Source of the DNA: Nitrospirota bacterium
Lineage (GTDB): Bacteria; Nitrospirota; JACRHJ01
Reading direction: 5' to 3'
NCBI GenBank assembly: GCA_963733375.1
Contig: CAVTDB010000016.1
Coordinates: forward strand, 21,604-85,603
DNA: 64,000 bases
Shown: piece by piece, positions 40,841-53,333 of the stretch
How the letters are laid out: every line of letters starts with the position of its first letter
Numbering within the stretch: the first letter of the stretch is position 1
Notes under the pieces: model-generated
Seen by the model: only the letters and a program-made list of their open reading frames with translations
Databases searched by the model: none
What the model was told of the DNA's origin: nothing
Position numbers and translations under genes: made by a program

Positions 40841-42612
40841 CTACGTTACCACATCCAGCTTTATATGCAGTTCCCGGAGCTGCGCCTTGTCCACATCGGA
40901 CGGCGCGTCGGTCATGAGGTCGGTCGCCTTCTGGGTCTTCGGGAACGCGATGACGTCTCTTATGGAGTCCGCGCCGGTGAGTATCATAGAGAGCCTGTCC
41001 AGGCCGAACGCGATGCCGCCGTGCGGCGGCGCGCCGAACTCCAGCGCCTCCAGCAGGAACCCGAACCGCTCCTTCGCTCGTTCCTCGTCAATCCCCAGCG
41101 CCTTGAACATCAGGGACTGCACCTCCGAGCGGTGGATACGGATGCTCCCGCCGCCGACTTCACTGCCGTTTAACACGATGTCGTACGCGAGCGCCCGGAC
41201 CTTCTCCGGCTCCGTGAGCAGAAACGGCACGTCCTCTTCCATCGGCGCCGTGAACGGGTGGTGCATCGCCTCCCAGCGGCTTTCGTCGGAGTTCCACTCG
41301 AACTGCGGGAAGTCCGTCACCCAGAGGAAATTGAACTTCGTGTCGTCTATCAGGCCAAGCCTTCTTGCTATTTCCAGCCGGAGCCTGCCCAGCACGTCGT
41401 CGGCGACTTTCTTTTTGTCGGCGACGAACACCAGCAGGTCCCCTTCTTCCGCATCAAGGGCTTTTCGATATTTCCGCAAGCGTCGCCTCGTCGAAGAACT
41501 TCTTTATCGGAGACTCTATCCCCTGCGCCGTAACCTTCATCCAGGCCATCCCCTTCGCGCCGAAGGATATCGCGGTATTCGTCAGGTCCTCGATCTCTTT
41601 CCGAGACATCCCCGCGAGACCCTTGGCATTCAGGCCCTTTACCACGCCGCCTGACGCCAGGGCGCCTTTCATTACCTGGAACTCCGTAGCATTCACGATT
41701 TCGGAGAGGTCCTTAAGCTCCAGCCCGAACCGCGTATCCGGCTTGTCCGAGCCGTATCTCTCCATCGCGTCCGCATAACTCATCCTGGGGAACGGGACCG
41801 GCAGTTCGACGCCTTTTATCTCGCGGAATATCTCCCCCATCATCCGCTTCGATGAGCGAATATATATCCTCTTCATTGATGAAAGACATCTCCATGTCTA
41901 TCTGGGTGAACTCCGGCTGGCGGTCGGCCCGCAGGTCCTCGTCGCGGAAGCATTTCACTATCTGGTAATATTTCTCGAAGCCGGACACCATAAGTATCTG
42001 CTTGAAGAGCTGGGGCGACTGGGGCAGGGCGTAGAACTTCCCGACGTTCACCCGCGACGGGACCAGATAGTCCCGCGCGCCTTCCGGGGTGCTCTTGGTG
42101 AGCATCGGGGTCTCGACATCTATAAATGCCTCGTTATCCAGAAAACGCCGGACAGTCGCGCATATCCTGTGGCGCGTCATGAGCGCCTTCTGGAGCGGCC
42201 TGCGCCGGAGGTCCAGGTAGCGGTACTTGAGCTTGAGCGCCTCGGAGGCGTCGGTATCGTCGGTCAGAGGGAACGGGGGAGTCTTTGACGTATTTAATAT
42301 CTCAATTTGATTTATATATACTTCAATTTCGCCCGTCGGGCGGTCCGGGTTCGCGGTACCTTCCGGACGCATGAATACTTTACCTTTTACGGCAACGACA
42401 TATTCCGACCTGACTGCGTCAGCGATTGAAAGCGCGGCTTGATTGGTATCCATGCTGAAAACGATTTGAGTTATCCCCGCCCTGTCCCGGAGGTCTATGA
42501 ATATAAGCCCGCCGTGGTCGCGCCGGGTCTCCACCCAGCCCGCGAGGACCACCTCTTTTCCTTTGTCCTACGCCCTAAGGCTTCCGCAGTCGTGAGTCCG
42601 CTTGAGTTTCAA
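40841..42612 (-). CDS. aspS: Aspartate-tRNA ligase (two frameshifts and one in-frame TAG)
   Basis: [41 protein letters not shown]; GGAG RBS before TTG at 42612. Confidence 0.95.
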
Positions 42613-42646
42613 TTTTCGTATCTCCAGAGAGTTTCCGGCAGTTTTT

Positions 42647-43413
42647 TTAATGCGGTTGGTTTTTTCAACTTCTTTTCCCGAGGCGCGAAGCAGAGCTTTT
42701 ATCTCGCCCGGGGTCAGTTCCCTGTACGTCCCCACCGGCAGGCCCTTAGTGCCTACCGGGCCCACTTTCGTGCGTTTTAACTTCTGCACCGGGTGCCCGA
42801 GCGCCTCGCACATACGCCGCACCTGACGGTTCCGGCCTTCGTGGATGGTTATTTCAATCCAGGAGTTAGATTCCGCAAGCTTCATTTTACGCACCTTGGC
42901 TGGCGCGGTCAGACCGTCGTCCAACCTCACGCCGGTCGCCAAGTGCCGAAGCTCCGCATCGTCCATCACGCCTCGCACCTTGACTTCATAAGTCTTCGGC
43001 ACCTCTTTCGACGGGTGCATTATCGAGTTGGCGAAATCGCCGTCGTTCGTGAGTATCAGAAGCCCCTCGCTGTCGTAGTCCAGACGCCCCACGGGGTAAA
43101 CGCGAGCGCCCACATGGCCCAGAAGTTCCATCACGGTCTTGCGGCCCTGGGGGTCTTTGGTGGTGGTGACGCAGCCTCTGGGCTTATTTAAAAGCAGGTA
43201 GGTTTTCCTGGCGTTTTTCATTTCCGGCGACTGCCGCCCTACCACGCGGTTGCCGACCTTTATGACATCGTTTTCCGGGTCCGCCTTCTGACCGAGCTCC
43301 TCCACGATGTGCCCGTTTACCCGCACCTTCCCCTCCAGTATCAGCTCCTCGGCCTCACGGCGCGAGCATATACCGGCAGTGGATAAAATCTTTTGAATTC
43401 TTTCTAAGGGCAT
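42647..43413 (-). CDS. rluB: rRNA pseudouridine synthase RluB/RsuA family
   Basis: S4 domain SRR.AE, NKPRG, VGRLDYDSEG, EGRNRQVRRM; true stop uncertain because the assembled frame runs to 42568. Confidence 0.88.
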
Positions 43414-43415
43414 TT

Positions 43416-43521
43416 AAACCGTCCTGTTTCTTTCAGGTGAAAGAAAAGGACCAAAAGAAAGCCGGATTTTAAACCCAGCTTTTCTTTGGTTACTTTCTTT
43501 TCCCGAAAAGAAAGTGACAGA
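43416..43521. repeat. Repeat family B double hairpin
   Basis: TTTCTTTC..GAAAGAAAAGGACCAAAAGAAAGCCGG...CCAGCTTTTTCTTTGGTTACTTTCTTTTCCCGAAAAGAAAGTGAC. Confidence 0.8.
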
Positions 43522-43524
43522 GAT

Positions 43525-45021
<1,497 letters not shown>

Positions 45022-45083
45022 TTATGTAAGTTTATAAATTTAACACAAAAGCAGTTCAAAGGCAACAGCTATTCCATTTTATG

Positions 45084-45112
45084 TTGACTTCCCGGCCCGC
45101 GCGGGATATATT
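45084..45112 (+). promoter_or_regulatory. sigma70 promoter of icd
   Basis: TTGACT-N17-TATATT. Confidence 0.6.
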
Positions 45113-45131
45113 TTCCCATTCAATTCATTCA

Positions 45132-45189
45132 TAACTCCCCTGCTTCGTTTCCCCCTCTTGTCTTAAGCGGGGGACTTAAGGGGGCGTTA
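45132..45189. repeat. REP-like nested palindrome in icd 5' UTR
   Basis: TAACTCCCCT...TCCCCCTCTT..AAGCGGGGGA..AAGGGGGCGTTA. Confidence 0.5.
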
Positions 45190-45208
45190 CTAAAAAAGGA
45201 GAGAGGTC

Positions 45209-46291
45209 ATGGCATATAAGGTTACTTTCATACCCGGCGACGGCACGGGTCCGGAGATCGCTGAGGCGACCAGGCGGGTCCTTGAGGCGACGGGTGTGCA
45301 GTTCGAGTGGGATGTGCAGGAAGCAGGCGTGGACGTCTTCGAGAAGGAGGGTAATCCCCTGCCGGACAGGGTCATCGAGTCCCTGATACGGAACAAGGTC
45401 GGGATAAAGGGGCCGGTCACGACCCCGGTCGGCACCGGTTTCAGGAGCGTAAACGTGACGCTCCGGCAGAAGCTGGACCTGTACTGCTGCCTTCGGCCAT
45501 GCAAGACATTTGAGGGCGTGCGCTCGCGCTACGACAACATAGACCTGGTCATCGTCCGCGAGAATACCGAAGACCTCTATGCGGGGATTGAGTACGAAAA
45601 AGGCTCCGACGGCGCGAAGGCCATAATCGATACCGTGAAGACGCACGGCGGCCGCGAGATCCGCCCCGATTCCGGCATCAGCATAAAGCCCATCTCCGTA
45701 ATGGGGACGGAGCGCATCGTACGGTACGCATTCCAGTATGCCCGCGACAACGGCAGAAAAAAGGTAACTTCCGTGCATAAGGCGAACATCATGAAGTACT
45801 CCGACGGCCTCTGGCTGGACGTCTCGCGTCAGGTGGCGAAGGAGTTCACGGATATCGAGTTCGAGGACCGTATCGTGGACAACATGTGCATGCAGCTCGT
45901 CCAGAAACCGGAGCTATACGATGTCATAGTCCTGCCGAACCTCTACGGCGACATCCTGTCCGACCTCTGCGCCGGGTTAATCGGCGGCCTTGGCGTGGCC
46001 CCCGGCGCGAACATCGGCACCATCGGCGCCGTATTCGAACCCACTCACGGCTCCGCGCCGAAGTACAAGGGTCTGAACAAGGTAAATCCTGTTGCGATGA
46101 TGCTCTCCGGCGTGATGATGCTGGAATACCTTGGCGAGAAGGGCGCGGCAAAAAAGATGAAGACGGCCATCGCGGACGTAATGCGCGAAGGCAAGGACGT
46201 GACCTACGACCTAAAGCCCAAAGCCGACGACCCGACGGCGGTAGGGACATCCCAGATGGCGGACGCGATAATAAAGAAGATGAAGGGATAA
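45209..46291 (+). CDS. icd: Isocitrate/isopropylmalate dehydrogenase family, likely NAD-dependent isocitrate dehydrogenase
   Basis: [47 protein letters not shown]. Confidence 0.85.
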   Translation: MAYKVTFIPGDGTGPEIAEATRRVLEATGVQFEWDVQEAGVDVFEKEGNPLPDRVIESLIRNKVGIKGPVTTPVGTGFRSVNVTLRQKLDLYCCLRPCKTFEGVRSRYDNIDLVIVRENTEDLYAGIEYEKGSDGAKAIIDTVKTHGGREIRPDSGISIKPISVMGTERIVRYAFQYARDNGRKKVTSVHKANIMKYSDGLWLDVSRQVAKEFTDIEFEDRIVDNMCMQLVQKPELYDVIVLPNLYGDILSDLCAGLIGGLGVAPGANIGTIGAVFEPTHGSAPKYKGLNKVNPVAMMLSGVMMLEYLGEKGAAKKMKTAIADVMREGKDVTYDLKPKADDPTAVGTSQMADAIIKKMKG

Positions 46292-46320
46292 AGAAAAGCC
46301 AGAAAGAAGATGCTGGAAAT

Positions 46321-46352
46321 AAAAAAGGCCGGGCAGAAATGCCCGGCCTTTT
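46321..46352. terminator. Bidirectional terminator icd/tyrS
   Basis: AAAAAAGGCCGGGCA-gaaa-TGCCCGGCCTTTT. Confidence 0.85.
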
Positions 46353-46374
46353 CTTTCTTACATTACGGTCAATT

Positions 46375-47613
46375 TCATTGCACTTCGAAAAGGATGGTGC
46401 CGGTTCTCGCTTTTATTCTTACATACCGCCTTTTTCCGACCTTTAGCAGGTACTCCCCCGGCCCGACCCGGACCTCCGGGTCCGTCTGACGCGCCCCGTC
46501 CATCTCCACGCCGCCCTGCTTGATAAGGCGCTTACCGTCGCCGACGCTATCCGCCACGCCCGCCTTGTGCATCACTTTAGCAAGAGGCATCGCGTCCGTT
46601 TCCCACTCGACGATAACTTCCGGTATTTCTTCGGGAATTTCGCCTTTTGAGAACTGCTTCTCGAACTCCTCGCGCGCCTTTTTACCCGCGCCTTTGCCGT
46701 GGTAGCGGTCAACAAGTTCCTCAGCCAGGGCTTTTTTCACATCCATCGGGTGGCGCTGTCCGTGCGTCAGCTCACTCCTGATATTCTTTATTTCATCGAT
46801 GGATAAATCCGAGAGAAGCTCGTAGTACCTTATCATCATCTCGTCGGAGATGGACATCGTCTTGCCGAATATCTCCTTCGGCTCTTCGCTTATCCCTATG
46901 TAATTGTTCAGGGATTTCGACATCTTGTTGACGCCGTCCGTGCCTTCCAGAAGCGGCATCATAACGAGTGCCTGCGGCGGCTGGCCGTACTCCTTCTGAA
47001 GCTCCCGGCCCACCAGCAGGTTGAATTTCTGGTCCGTCCCGCCAAGCTCCACGTCAGCGGAAAGCGCGACGGAATCGTAGCCCTGTATCAGCGGGTAGAG
47101 GAACTCGTGGACGGAAATCGGCCTCTGCTCGCGGAACCGTTTCTGAAAGTCGTCGCGCTCCAGCATCCTGGCCACGGTATATTTCCCGGCGAGCTGGACC
47201 AGGTCAGCAGACGGCATCTTCGACATCCAGCGGGAGTTGAACTCCACGGTCGTCTTTGAGATATCCAGTATTTTACCTACCTGGTCCATGTACGTCTTCG
47301 CGTTGGCCTTGACCTGTTCCGGCGTAAGGGGGGGACGGGTCTCCGACTTTCCGGTCGGGTCGCCTATCATCCCCGTAAAATCGCCGATGAGGAATATCAC
47401 CTCGTGCCCCAGGTCCTGGAACTGCTTCATCTTCTGGAGCAGGACGGTATGGCCTATGTGCAGATCCGGCGCGGTGGGGTCGAAACCCGCCTTCACCCGC
47501 AGGGGCTTCCCCGTCTCGATGGAGCGCTGGAGTTTTTTCCTGAGCTCCTCCTCCGATATGACCTCCGCCGCCCCCCGGAGGATGATTTCCATCTGTAAAT
47601 CAATAGATTGCAT
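46375..47613 (-). CDS. tyrS: Tyrosine-tRNA ligase
   Basis: [27 protein letters not shown]-terminal S4. Confidence 0.98.
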   Translation of the reverse strand: MQSIDLQMEIILRGAAEVISEEELRKKLQRSIETGKPLRVKAGFDPTAPDLHIGHTVLLQKMKQFQDLGHEVIFLIGDFTGMIGDPTGKSETRPPLTPEQVKANAKTYMDQVGKILDISKTTVEFNSRWMSKMPSADLVQLAGKYTVARMLERDDFQKRFREQRPISVHEFLYPLIQGYDSVALSADVELGGTDQKFNLLVGRELQKEYGQPPQALVMMPLLEGTDGVNKMSKSLNNYIGISEEPKEIFGKTMSISDEMMIRYYELLSDLSIDEIKNIRSELTHGQRHPMDVKKALAEELVDRYHGKGAGKKAREEFEKQFSKGEIPEEIPEVIVEWETDAMPLAKVMHKAGVADSVGDGKRLIKQGGVEMDGARQTDPEVRVGPGEYLLKVGKRRYVRIKARTGTILFEVQ

Positions 47614-47623
47614 GAAATCCTTT

Positions 47624-47761
47624 TTACTTTCTTTTCGAGAAAAGAAAGTAACAAAGAAAAGCTGGACTTAAATGCCCCGCTTTCTTTTGGTTCTTTTCTT
47701 TCCCGCGAGATGATTTACCTGTCCAGAGCGATAGCGAAGACAGAAAGAAAAGTAACGGTTT
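47624..47761. repeat. Repeat family B double hairpin with nested family A copy (47712-47747)
   Basis: TTACTTTCTTTTCGAGAAAAGAAAGTAAC...TTTTCTTTC-ccgcgagat-[GATTTACCTGTCCAGAGCGATAGCGAAGACA]-GAAAGAAAAGTAACGGTTT. Confidence 0.85.
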
Positions 47762-48120
47762 TAAGCCTGCTTTATGCGTTCCAGCACTATTTCCGCGAGT
47801 TTCGGGTGCGCCCCCAGGTGCTCCGTGAGCCTGAGCTCCACCCCCGGGTATTTTTCCTCAAGCGCCTTAATCTCATCCGGTATGTCCTTTATCACGTGGT
47901 TTCCCATGTGCAGGAAATAAGGGATTATAACCACTTCCGCCGCCCCGTCCTCGACTGCCTTCTTTACCGCATCCGGAAGGTTCGGGGCGCAGAACTGGAG
48001 GTAGGCGTACCGGACGTCCAGCCCCGCCATTTTCGCCACCATTGCCGCCATCTCCGGCAGGGAGTCGTTCCCGCAGACGGCCTGTGAGCCGTGTCCCAGC
48101 AAAATTATGTGTTTTTCCAT
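47761..48120 (-). CDS. cbiX: Short CbiX/SirB sirohydrochlorin chelatase
   Basis: LLGHGS, PYFL..G.HV..DIP, LGAHP. Confidence 0.85.
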   Translation of the reverse strand: MEKHIILLGHGSQAVCGNDSLPEMAAMVAKMAGLDVRYAYLQFCAPNLPDAVKKAVEDGAAEVVIIPYFLHMGNHVIKDIPDEIKALEEKYPGVELRLTEHLGAHPKLAEIVLERIKQA

Positions 48121-48167
48121 CCGCTTTTTATATTACAAATCCATTAAAAATGCAAGGCAAAGTCAAC

Positions 48168-48198
48168 TGTAACCTTTCTTCTGCTTAATCGGTCTTAT
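48168..48198 (+). promoter_or_regulatory. Putative ECF-sigma promoter
   Basis: TGTAACC-N16-GGTCTTAT, resembling the AAC/GTC ECF consensus. Confidence 0.4.
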
Positions 48199-48220
48199 AA
48201 TATATAGTAACAAGTGAGAG

Positions 48221-48520
48221 GTGCGAGAAGTGAAGAAATATCTGGTATCACTTCTTATCGTTGGCGCGGTACTTCTTGCCGGGGGCAAGGCGGCTGACGC
48301 CCATGTCCGTTTCTCCTTCGGGTTCGCGGTAGCTCCGCCGGCTTTCGGATATTACAGCCCTTACGCCTACTCCTACCCTTACCCCGCCCCCTACCCCTAC
48401 TATTACCCGCGCTACTCCTACCCTTACGGCTACTACCCCGGGCCTTATTACCGGAGGTACTATTATCCGAGGCACGAGCGGTATTGGCGCGACCGGGATG
48501 ACGACTATTACAGGCGTTGA
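48221..48520 (+). CDS. Small exported Tyr/Pro-rich protein
   Basis: Signal peptide ending ADA, then low-complexity YPY repeats; terminator at 48526-48552. Confidence 0.75.
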   Translation: MREVKKYLVSLLIVGAVLLAGGKAADAHVRFSFGFAVAPPAFGYYSPYAYSYPYPAPYPYYYPRYSYPYGYYPGPYYRRYYYPRHERYWRDRDDDYYRR

Positions 48521-48570
48521 CGGCTAAAGGCCCCTTTTGAGGGGCCTTTTTTGTTTCAGGGAGGACTCCT

Positions 48571-49083
48571 ATGAAAACTATAAAAAAAATCGCCACTATC
48601 GTCGTTTCCGTATTAGCCGTGGTACTGATCGGCGCGGGTACGGCCAACGCCCAGCTAAGGGTAGGATGGGGCTTCCTTTTCCCGATACCGATACCCTTGC
48701 CTATCTACCAGATACCCCATGAACCCTCGCCGGTTGCATTGGGGCTTCTGTTCCCCATTCCGGTGCCCCTGCCGTTCTACGACTACCCGTATTATGAGCG
48801 GGCAAGCGTGCGTGAAGCGCCTCCCTACCAGCACCAGGGAGAGGATTACGGGTTCATAGAGACAAGGGTCACGCCGCGCGATACCGCCATTTACGTCGAC
48901 GGCAGGTTCTACGGGAATACGGACAATTACTCTTCGCGCGATTACGCGCTCAACCTGCCTGCCGGCCGTCATACGGTAGAGTTCAGGCTGCAGGGTTTTC
49001 TCCCGTTTGTCACCGACGTGGAAATTACCCCTGGCGGGCTTGTGGAGATAACGCATTACATGAGGCCGGTCGGGCCGCGGTAA
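48571..49083 (+). CDS. Exported PEGA-like domain protein
   Basis: GGAGG RBS, signal peptide, VTP.DTAIYVDG.FYG...LPAGRHTVEFRLQG. Confidence 0.8.
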   Translation: MKTIKKIATIVVSVLAVVLIGAGTANAQLRVGWGFLFPIPIPLPIYQIPHEPSPVALGLLFPIPVPLPFYDYPYYERASVREAPPYQHQGEDYGFIETRVTPRDTAIYVDGRFYGNTDNYSSRDYALNLPAGRHTVEFRLQGFLPFVTDVEITPGGLVEITHYMRPVGPR

Positions 49084-49221
49084 AAGTCACTTGGGCTTAC
49101 GCTCCTGCCGGTAATGGCGGCTAAAAAATAAAGGGGCCGACACGACGTTCGGCCCCTGATGTTAGACATTTGTCAACCCCGCGCTCACGGACACCCGTCA
49201 CTTCTTTGACTGTCGCGCCGT

Positions 49222-50526
49222 TTATTTTTTGACGCCGCTGTCTATGTCTTCTTCAAAATACTTTGTCACTATTTTGGTGGCGCAAAACTCGCCGCACATC
49301 GTGCAGGAGCCTTCGTCGGAGGGCATCCTGGATGCGCGGACCTCTCTTGGCCTGTCCCCCGTAATGGCCAGGTCGAACTGTTTTTTCCAGTCCAGCCCAC
49401 GCCGGGCGAGGCTCATCTCGCGGTCGCTGTCGCGGTTCTTGTACTTTATCATGTCCCCGATATGCGCCGCGATCTTTGCCGCCATCACGCCTTCTTTCAC
49501 GTCCTGCACGTTGGGCAGGGCCAGGTGCTCGGACGGCGTCACGTAGCAGATAAAGTCCGCGCCGTAAGCGGAAGACAACGACGCGCCTATCGCGGCGGTG
49601 ATGTGGTCGTAGCCGGGCGCGACGTCCGTCGTTATCGGCCCCAGGACGTAGAAAGGAGCCTCGTTCGACATCCTCTTCTCCATTATGATATTGGCCTCTA
49701 TCTCGTCGATCGGGATATGTCCCGGCCCCTCGACCATCATCTGGCATCCGGCCTTCCTTCCAAGCTCCGCCAGCTCGCAGTTTATTACCAGTTCCTGTAT
49801 CTGGCAGCGGTCGGAGGAGTCGTGGATCGCCCCGGCCCGGAAGCCGTTCCCGAGCGAGAGCACGCAGTCGTATTTCTTTAAGATCTCCGCTACCCGGTCG
49901 AACTTCTCGAAGAGCGGGTTCTCCTTATTATTGTGCATCATCCAGGCCACCATGTACGCCCCGCCCTTGCTGACCAGCCCGCCGTAGCGATAGCCTTGTT
50001 TACGGAGCCTTTCGATGGTCAGCCGGTTTATCCCGCAGTGGATGGCCATGAACGATATGCCGTCCGCGCACTGCTCCTCTATCACGTCGAAAAGCATCTC
50101 CTCCGGCATCTCCACGGGGTTGCCGTATTTCTCTATCGCCTGGGCAAACGCCTGGTAAAGCGGCACGGTGCCTACGGGCAGGCTTATCGAGCTTAGCACC
50201 TCCCGCCTGATTTTCTTTATGTCTCCGCCGACGGAAAGGTCCATGAGCGTGTCCGCCCCGCATGCTTCGGCGGTCTTTGCTTTTTCTATCTCAAGAGCCA
50301 TGTCCGCTATGTCCGTGGACGTACCGATACTCGCGTTTATCTTTGTCCGAAGGCCCTTGCCTATTCCGACCGTGTTGCTTTCCCTCACGGTGTTGTTCGG
50401 TATGACTATTTTGCCCTGGGCGGTCATATCCCGGACATATTCTTCCGATACGCCTTCGGCCTTCGCAACCGCCTTCATCTTTTCCGTTATTATTTCCTGA
50501 ACTGCAAGCTCTACCTGGGATGCCAT
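49222..50526 (-). CDS. bzaF: ThiC-family radical SAM enzyme, most likely 5-hydroxybenzimidazole synthase
   Basis: CTMCGEFC cluster motif; GLVSKGG and SLGNGFRAG in place of ThiC VSRGG and SLGDGLRPG; last gene of B12-riboswitch operon. Confidence 0.8.
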   Translation of the reverse strand: MASQVELAVQEIITEKMKAVAKAEGVSEEYVRDMTAQGKIVIPNNTVRESNTVGIGKGLRTKINASIGTSTDIADMALEIEKAKTAEACGADTLMDLSVGGDIKKIRREVLSSISLPVGTVPLYQAFAQAIEKYGNPVEMPEEMLFDVIEEQCADGISFMAIHCGINRLTIERLRKQGYRYGGLVSKGGAYMVAWMMHNNKENPLFEKFDRVAEILKKYDCVLSLGNGFRAGAIHDSSDRCQIQELVINCELAELGRKAGCQMMVEGPGHIPIDEIEANIIMEKRMSNEAPFYVLGPITTDVAPGYDHITAAIGASLSSAYGADFICYVTPSEHLALPNVQDVKEGVMAAKIAAHIGDMIKYKNRDSDREMSLARRGLDWKKQFDLAITGDRPREVRASRMPSDEGSCTMCGEFCATKIVTKYFEEDIDSGVKK

Positions 50527-50541
50527 AAAACTTCTCCTCCT

Positions 50542-51951
50542 TTATCCCCTTTTAAAAGGGGTCTTCACGTTTCGGACCTTTTCTGCAAAATACTGCGGAA
50601 ACTTCACGTTGGACATAAAATGCAGGTGAACATAGCTTGCCAGTATATTCCCCGCGGTATAGTCCCTCCTTCGTCTCTTCCTTCATTGCATTACTCAGAC
50701 TGTAAACATATTTAACGCCCTTCCCCATCAGGCCCGAGCTCCGAATAATGGAACTCGTGGCCGCGCGCTTTTGACCCTTTGGGAAAGAGCGTGTCGCCCG
50801 TTACCGTTACCTCTCTGTACCCAAGCGCCTTACGCCTCCCAAGCATAGTCGTCTTCGCCGGTATGAGTCCCATCATAGGATGGAACACACCTTCAAGGTC
50901 GGTTATTCCTTCCGTCAGGTACATTAGCCCGCCGCACTCGGCGTATATCGGCAAGCCGGCACGCGCCGCCTCCCGCACGTCGTTTTTTACGAAATCGTTC
51001 AGGGCAAGCCCGCGCGCGTACATCTCCGGATAACCGCCGCCGAAATATATGCCTTTTATCCCTTCCGGCAGGCCGCCGTCCTTCAGGGGCGAAAAAGGGA
51101 CTATCTCAAGGCCAAGCGACTCCAGCATCTCCAGGTTGTCCTGGTAATAAAAGCAGAAGGCCTCGTCCATTGCCACGGCGAGTCTCGCAGTGTTCCGGGC
51201 TTCAGGATGCCTGGCCTTAGGCCGGCCTTGCGGGCGGCATTGGAACCGGGGCCTTCGACGCAATCCTTAAAAGCGCGTCCATGTCGATATGTTTTTTTAT
51301 CGTCTCCTTAAGCTTCCTTACGAACTTCGGCGTCAGTATCCCGTCCAGGTCCGTCGTGAGCCCCAGGTGTCTGGAAGGTATATCCAGCCCTTCTTCGCGC
51401 GGGACGACTCCGACCACCTTCGCCTTGCAGTGTCTCTTGACCGCCGCCTCAAGCATCGCCGCGTGACGCGCGGAGCCCACCCGATTGAATATCACTCCCG
51501 CAATCTTTACTTCCGGGTCCATCTCCTCGAAACCCTTTATCACCGCCGCCGCGCTGCCCGCCATGTGACTCGCGTCCACGACCAGGATAACAGGGATGCC
51601 AAGCACCTTTGCTATCTCCGCGGTGCTCCCCTGGATGCCGCCTTTGCCGATGCCGTCGAAGAGCCCCATCACCCCTTCGGTCACGCAGATGTCCGCGTCC
51701 GCAGAGGCTTTTGCATAGGTCGCGCGCGTCCCGGCCGCTCCCATCATCCAGCAGTCGAGGTTGCGGGAAGTGCGGCCCGTGATTTTTTTATGGTACTGCG
51801 GGTCTATGAAGTCCGGGCCGACCTTGAACGGCTGGACGCGATAACCCAAGTCTCCAAGCGCCGCCATTATCCCGATGGAGATGGTCGTCTTGCCGGAGCC
51901 GCTCCACGGAGCCGCGATTATTATCGAACCTTTATTCATGAAATCATCCAT
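50542..51951 (-). CDS. cbiA: Cobyrinate a,c-diamide synthase (frameshifted)
   Basis: SGSGKTT, FKVGPDFIDP, EGVMGLFDG, AECGGLMYL, GHEFHYS, SYVHLHF. Confidence 0.92.
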
Positions 51952-52543
51952 TAAGAAGTTTCACCACCGGCATCCCGTCCTCGTAAAAATCTATTATGTT
52001 AAGCGAGCCGTAATGCTGTTCGATGCGGAAGACGTTCCTCAGATCCAGGCCCAGGGCAAACGACAATATCACGCGGTTTACGCCGCCGTGGCCGACCAGG
52101 ACGATCTCCTTGCCCTTATGCTCGTCCAGCGTTTCATTAAGCGCCGGAAGCACCCTGCCGGAAAGCTCCTGAAGCGACTCTCCGCCCGGAGGGGTAAAAT
52201 GCACTATGTCCGAAAGCCACGCCTTCCAGTCCGCCGGGTATGCCGCCTCTATTTCATCGAAGCTGAGTCCCTCCCACAGCCCGACGTTCCGTTCCCGGAA
52301 TTCCGGCCTGCTTACGCCGGCCGTCCCATGCGGCTCGCCGATTATCCTGGCCCCTTTTACCGCGCGTATCAGGTCGGAGCAGACCACCGCGCCCACCGGC
52401 TTGTCCAGCAGGGTATCGCGCAGGCGCTCCATCTGCCTCACGCCTTCATCCGTTATGTCCACGTCTCGGTGGCCGTTGTAGCGTCTCCTGCCGTCGCCGC
52501 AGACTTCGCCGTGCCTGCACAGATATAGCCGAGTGTATTTCAT
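51944..52543 (-). CDS. cobC: Alpha-ribazole phosphatase (histidine phosphatase)
   Basis: RHGE, SDL.RA, GESL, HGG; cob context. Confidence 0.85.
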   Translation of the reverse strand: MKYTRLYLCRHGEVCGDGRRRYNGHRDVDITDEGVRQMERLRDTLLDKPVGAVVCSDLIRAVKGARIIGEPHGTAGVSRPEFRERNVGLWEGLSFDEIEAAYPADWKAWLSDIVHFTPPGGESLQELSGRVLPALNETLDEHKGKEIVLVGHGGVNRVILSFALGLDLRNVFRIEQHYGSLNIIDFYEDGMPVVKLLNG

Positions 52544-52583
52544 TACCTCTCTCCCGACCCCTCGCAGTGAAGGGTCTCGTCCT

Positions 52584-53333
52584 CTATACAGTCGCCGAAA
52601 ATATCACGAATACCAGCGCCTCGGTAATCTCGGACGACGCGCCTATCGTGTCGCCGGTCTCGCCGCCTATGGAATAATTAAATAACAGCTTCAAAAGGAG
52701 GCACGCTATCGCTACAGCCGCAACGGAGGCAAGGCCGGTCGTGCCTGCCGATATACGACCCCGAAGCCCACAGCCAGGATAGACGCGACTATAAAATGCG
52801 ACCGGCTTTATATATGTAATGAACGAACCCGCGAGGCTGTTCTCGCTTCTCGCCGGACGCGAGCCGTATGACACGAGCACCTGTCCCCACCGGGACAGGG
52901 CAGGCGCAAGCAAAAGCGCACCGGGCCTTAACACGGAAGGGATGGAATCGAGCGCCATGAACTTGACGAGCAGGAGCAGGGCTATCGCAATTACGCCCAT
53001 CGCGCCGGTGCGGCTGTCCTTCATTATCGCAAGCGTCTTATCCCTGTCCCCCTTCCGCCGATCAAGCCGTCCGCCGTGTCCGCGATGCCGTCCAAGTGCA
53101 GGCCTCCGGTGATAACGGCCAGAAAAGCAATAATAAGGGCGTCCGTCACCTGCCGGGGAAGGAGGCCCTTCACCAGGAAATCGAACCCGACGAGGACTCC
53201 CCCGATGAGTAGGCCGGCCAGCGGGAAAAGGGCCGTGACTGCCGCCATCCTCTCCGGCCGTCAGCTTTTTTTGCCCGACCGGTATGACGGTCAAAAAACC
53301 GATTGCGGACAGAATATCAGACAGGATTAACAA
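52584..53333 (-). CDS. cobS: Cobalamin synthase (internal frameshifts)
   Basis: [37 protein letters not shown]. Confidence 0.92.
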   Translation of the reverse strand: MLILSDILSAIGFLTVIPVGQKKLTAGEDGGSHGPFPAGRPTHRGSPRRVRFPGEGPPSPAGDGRPYYCFSGRYHRRPALGRHRGHGGRLDRRKGDRDKTLAIMKDSRTGAMGVIAIALLLLVKFMALDSIPSVLRPGALLLAPALSRWGQVLVSYGSRPARSENSLAGSFITYIKPVAFYSRVYPGCGLRGRISAGTTGLASVAAVAIACLLLKLLFNYSIGGETGDTIGASSEITEALVFVIFSATV

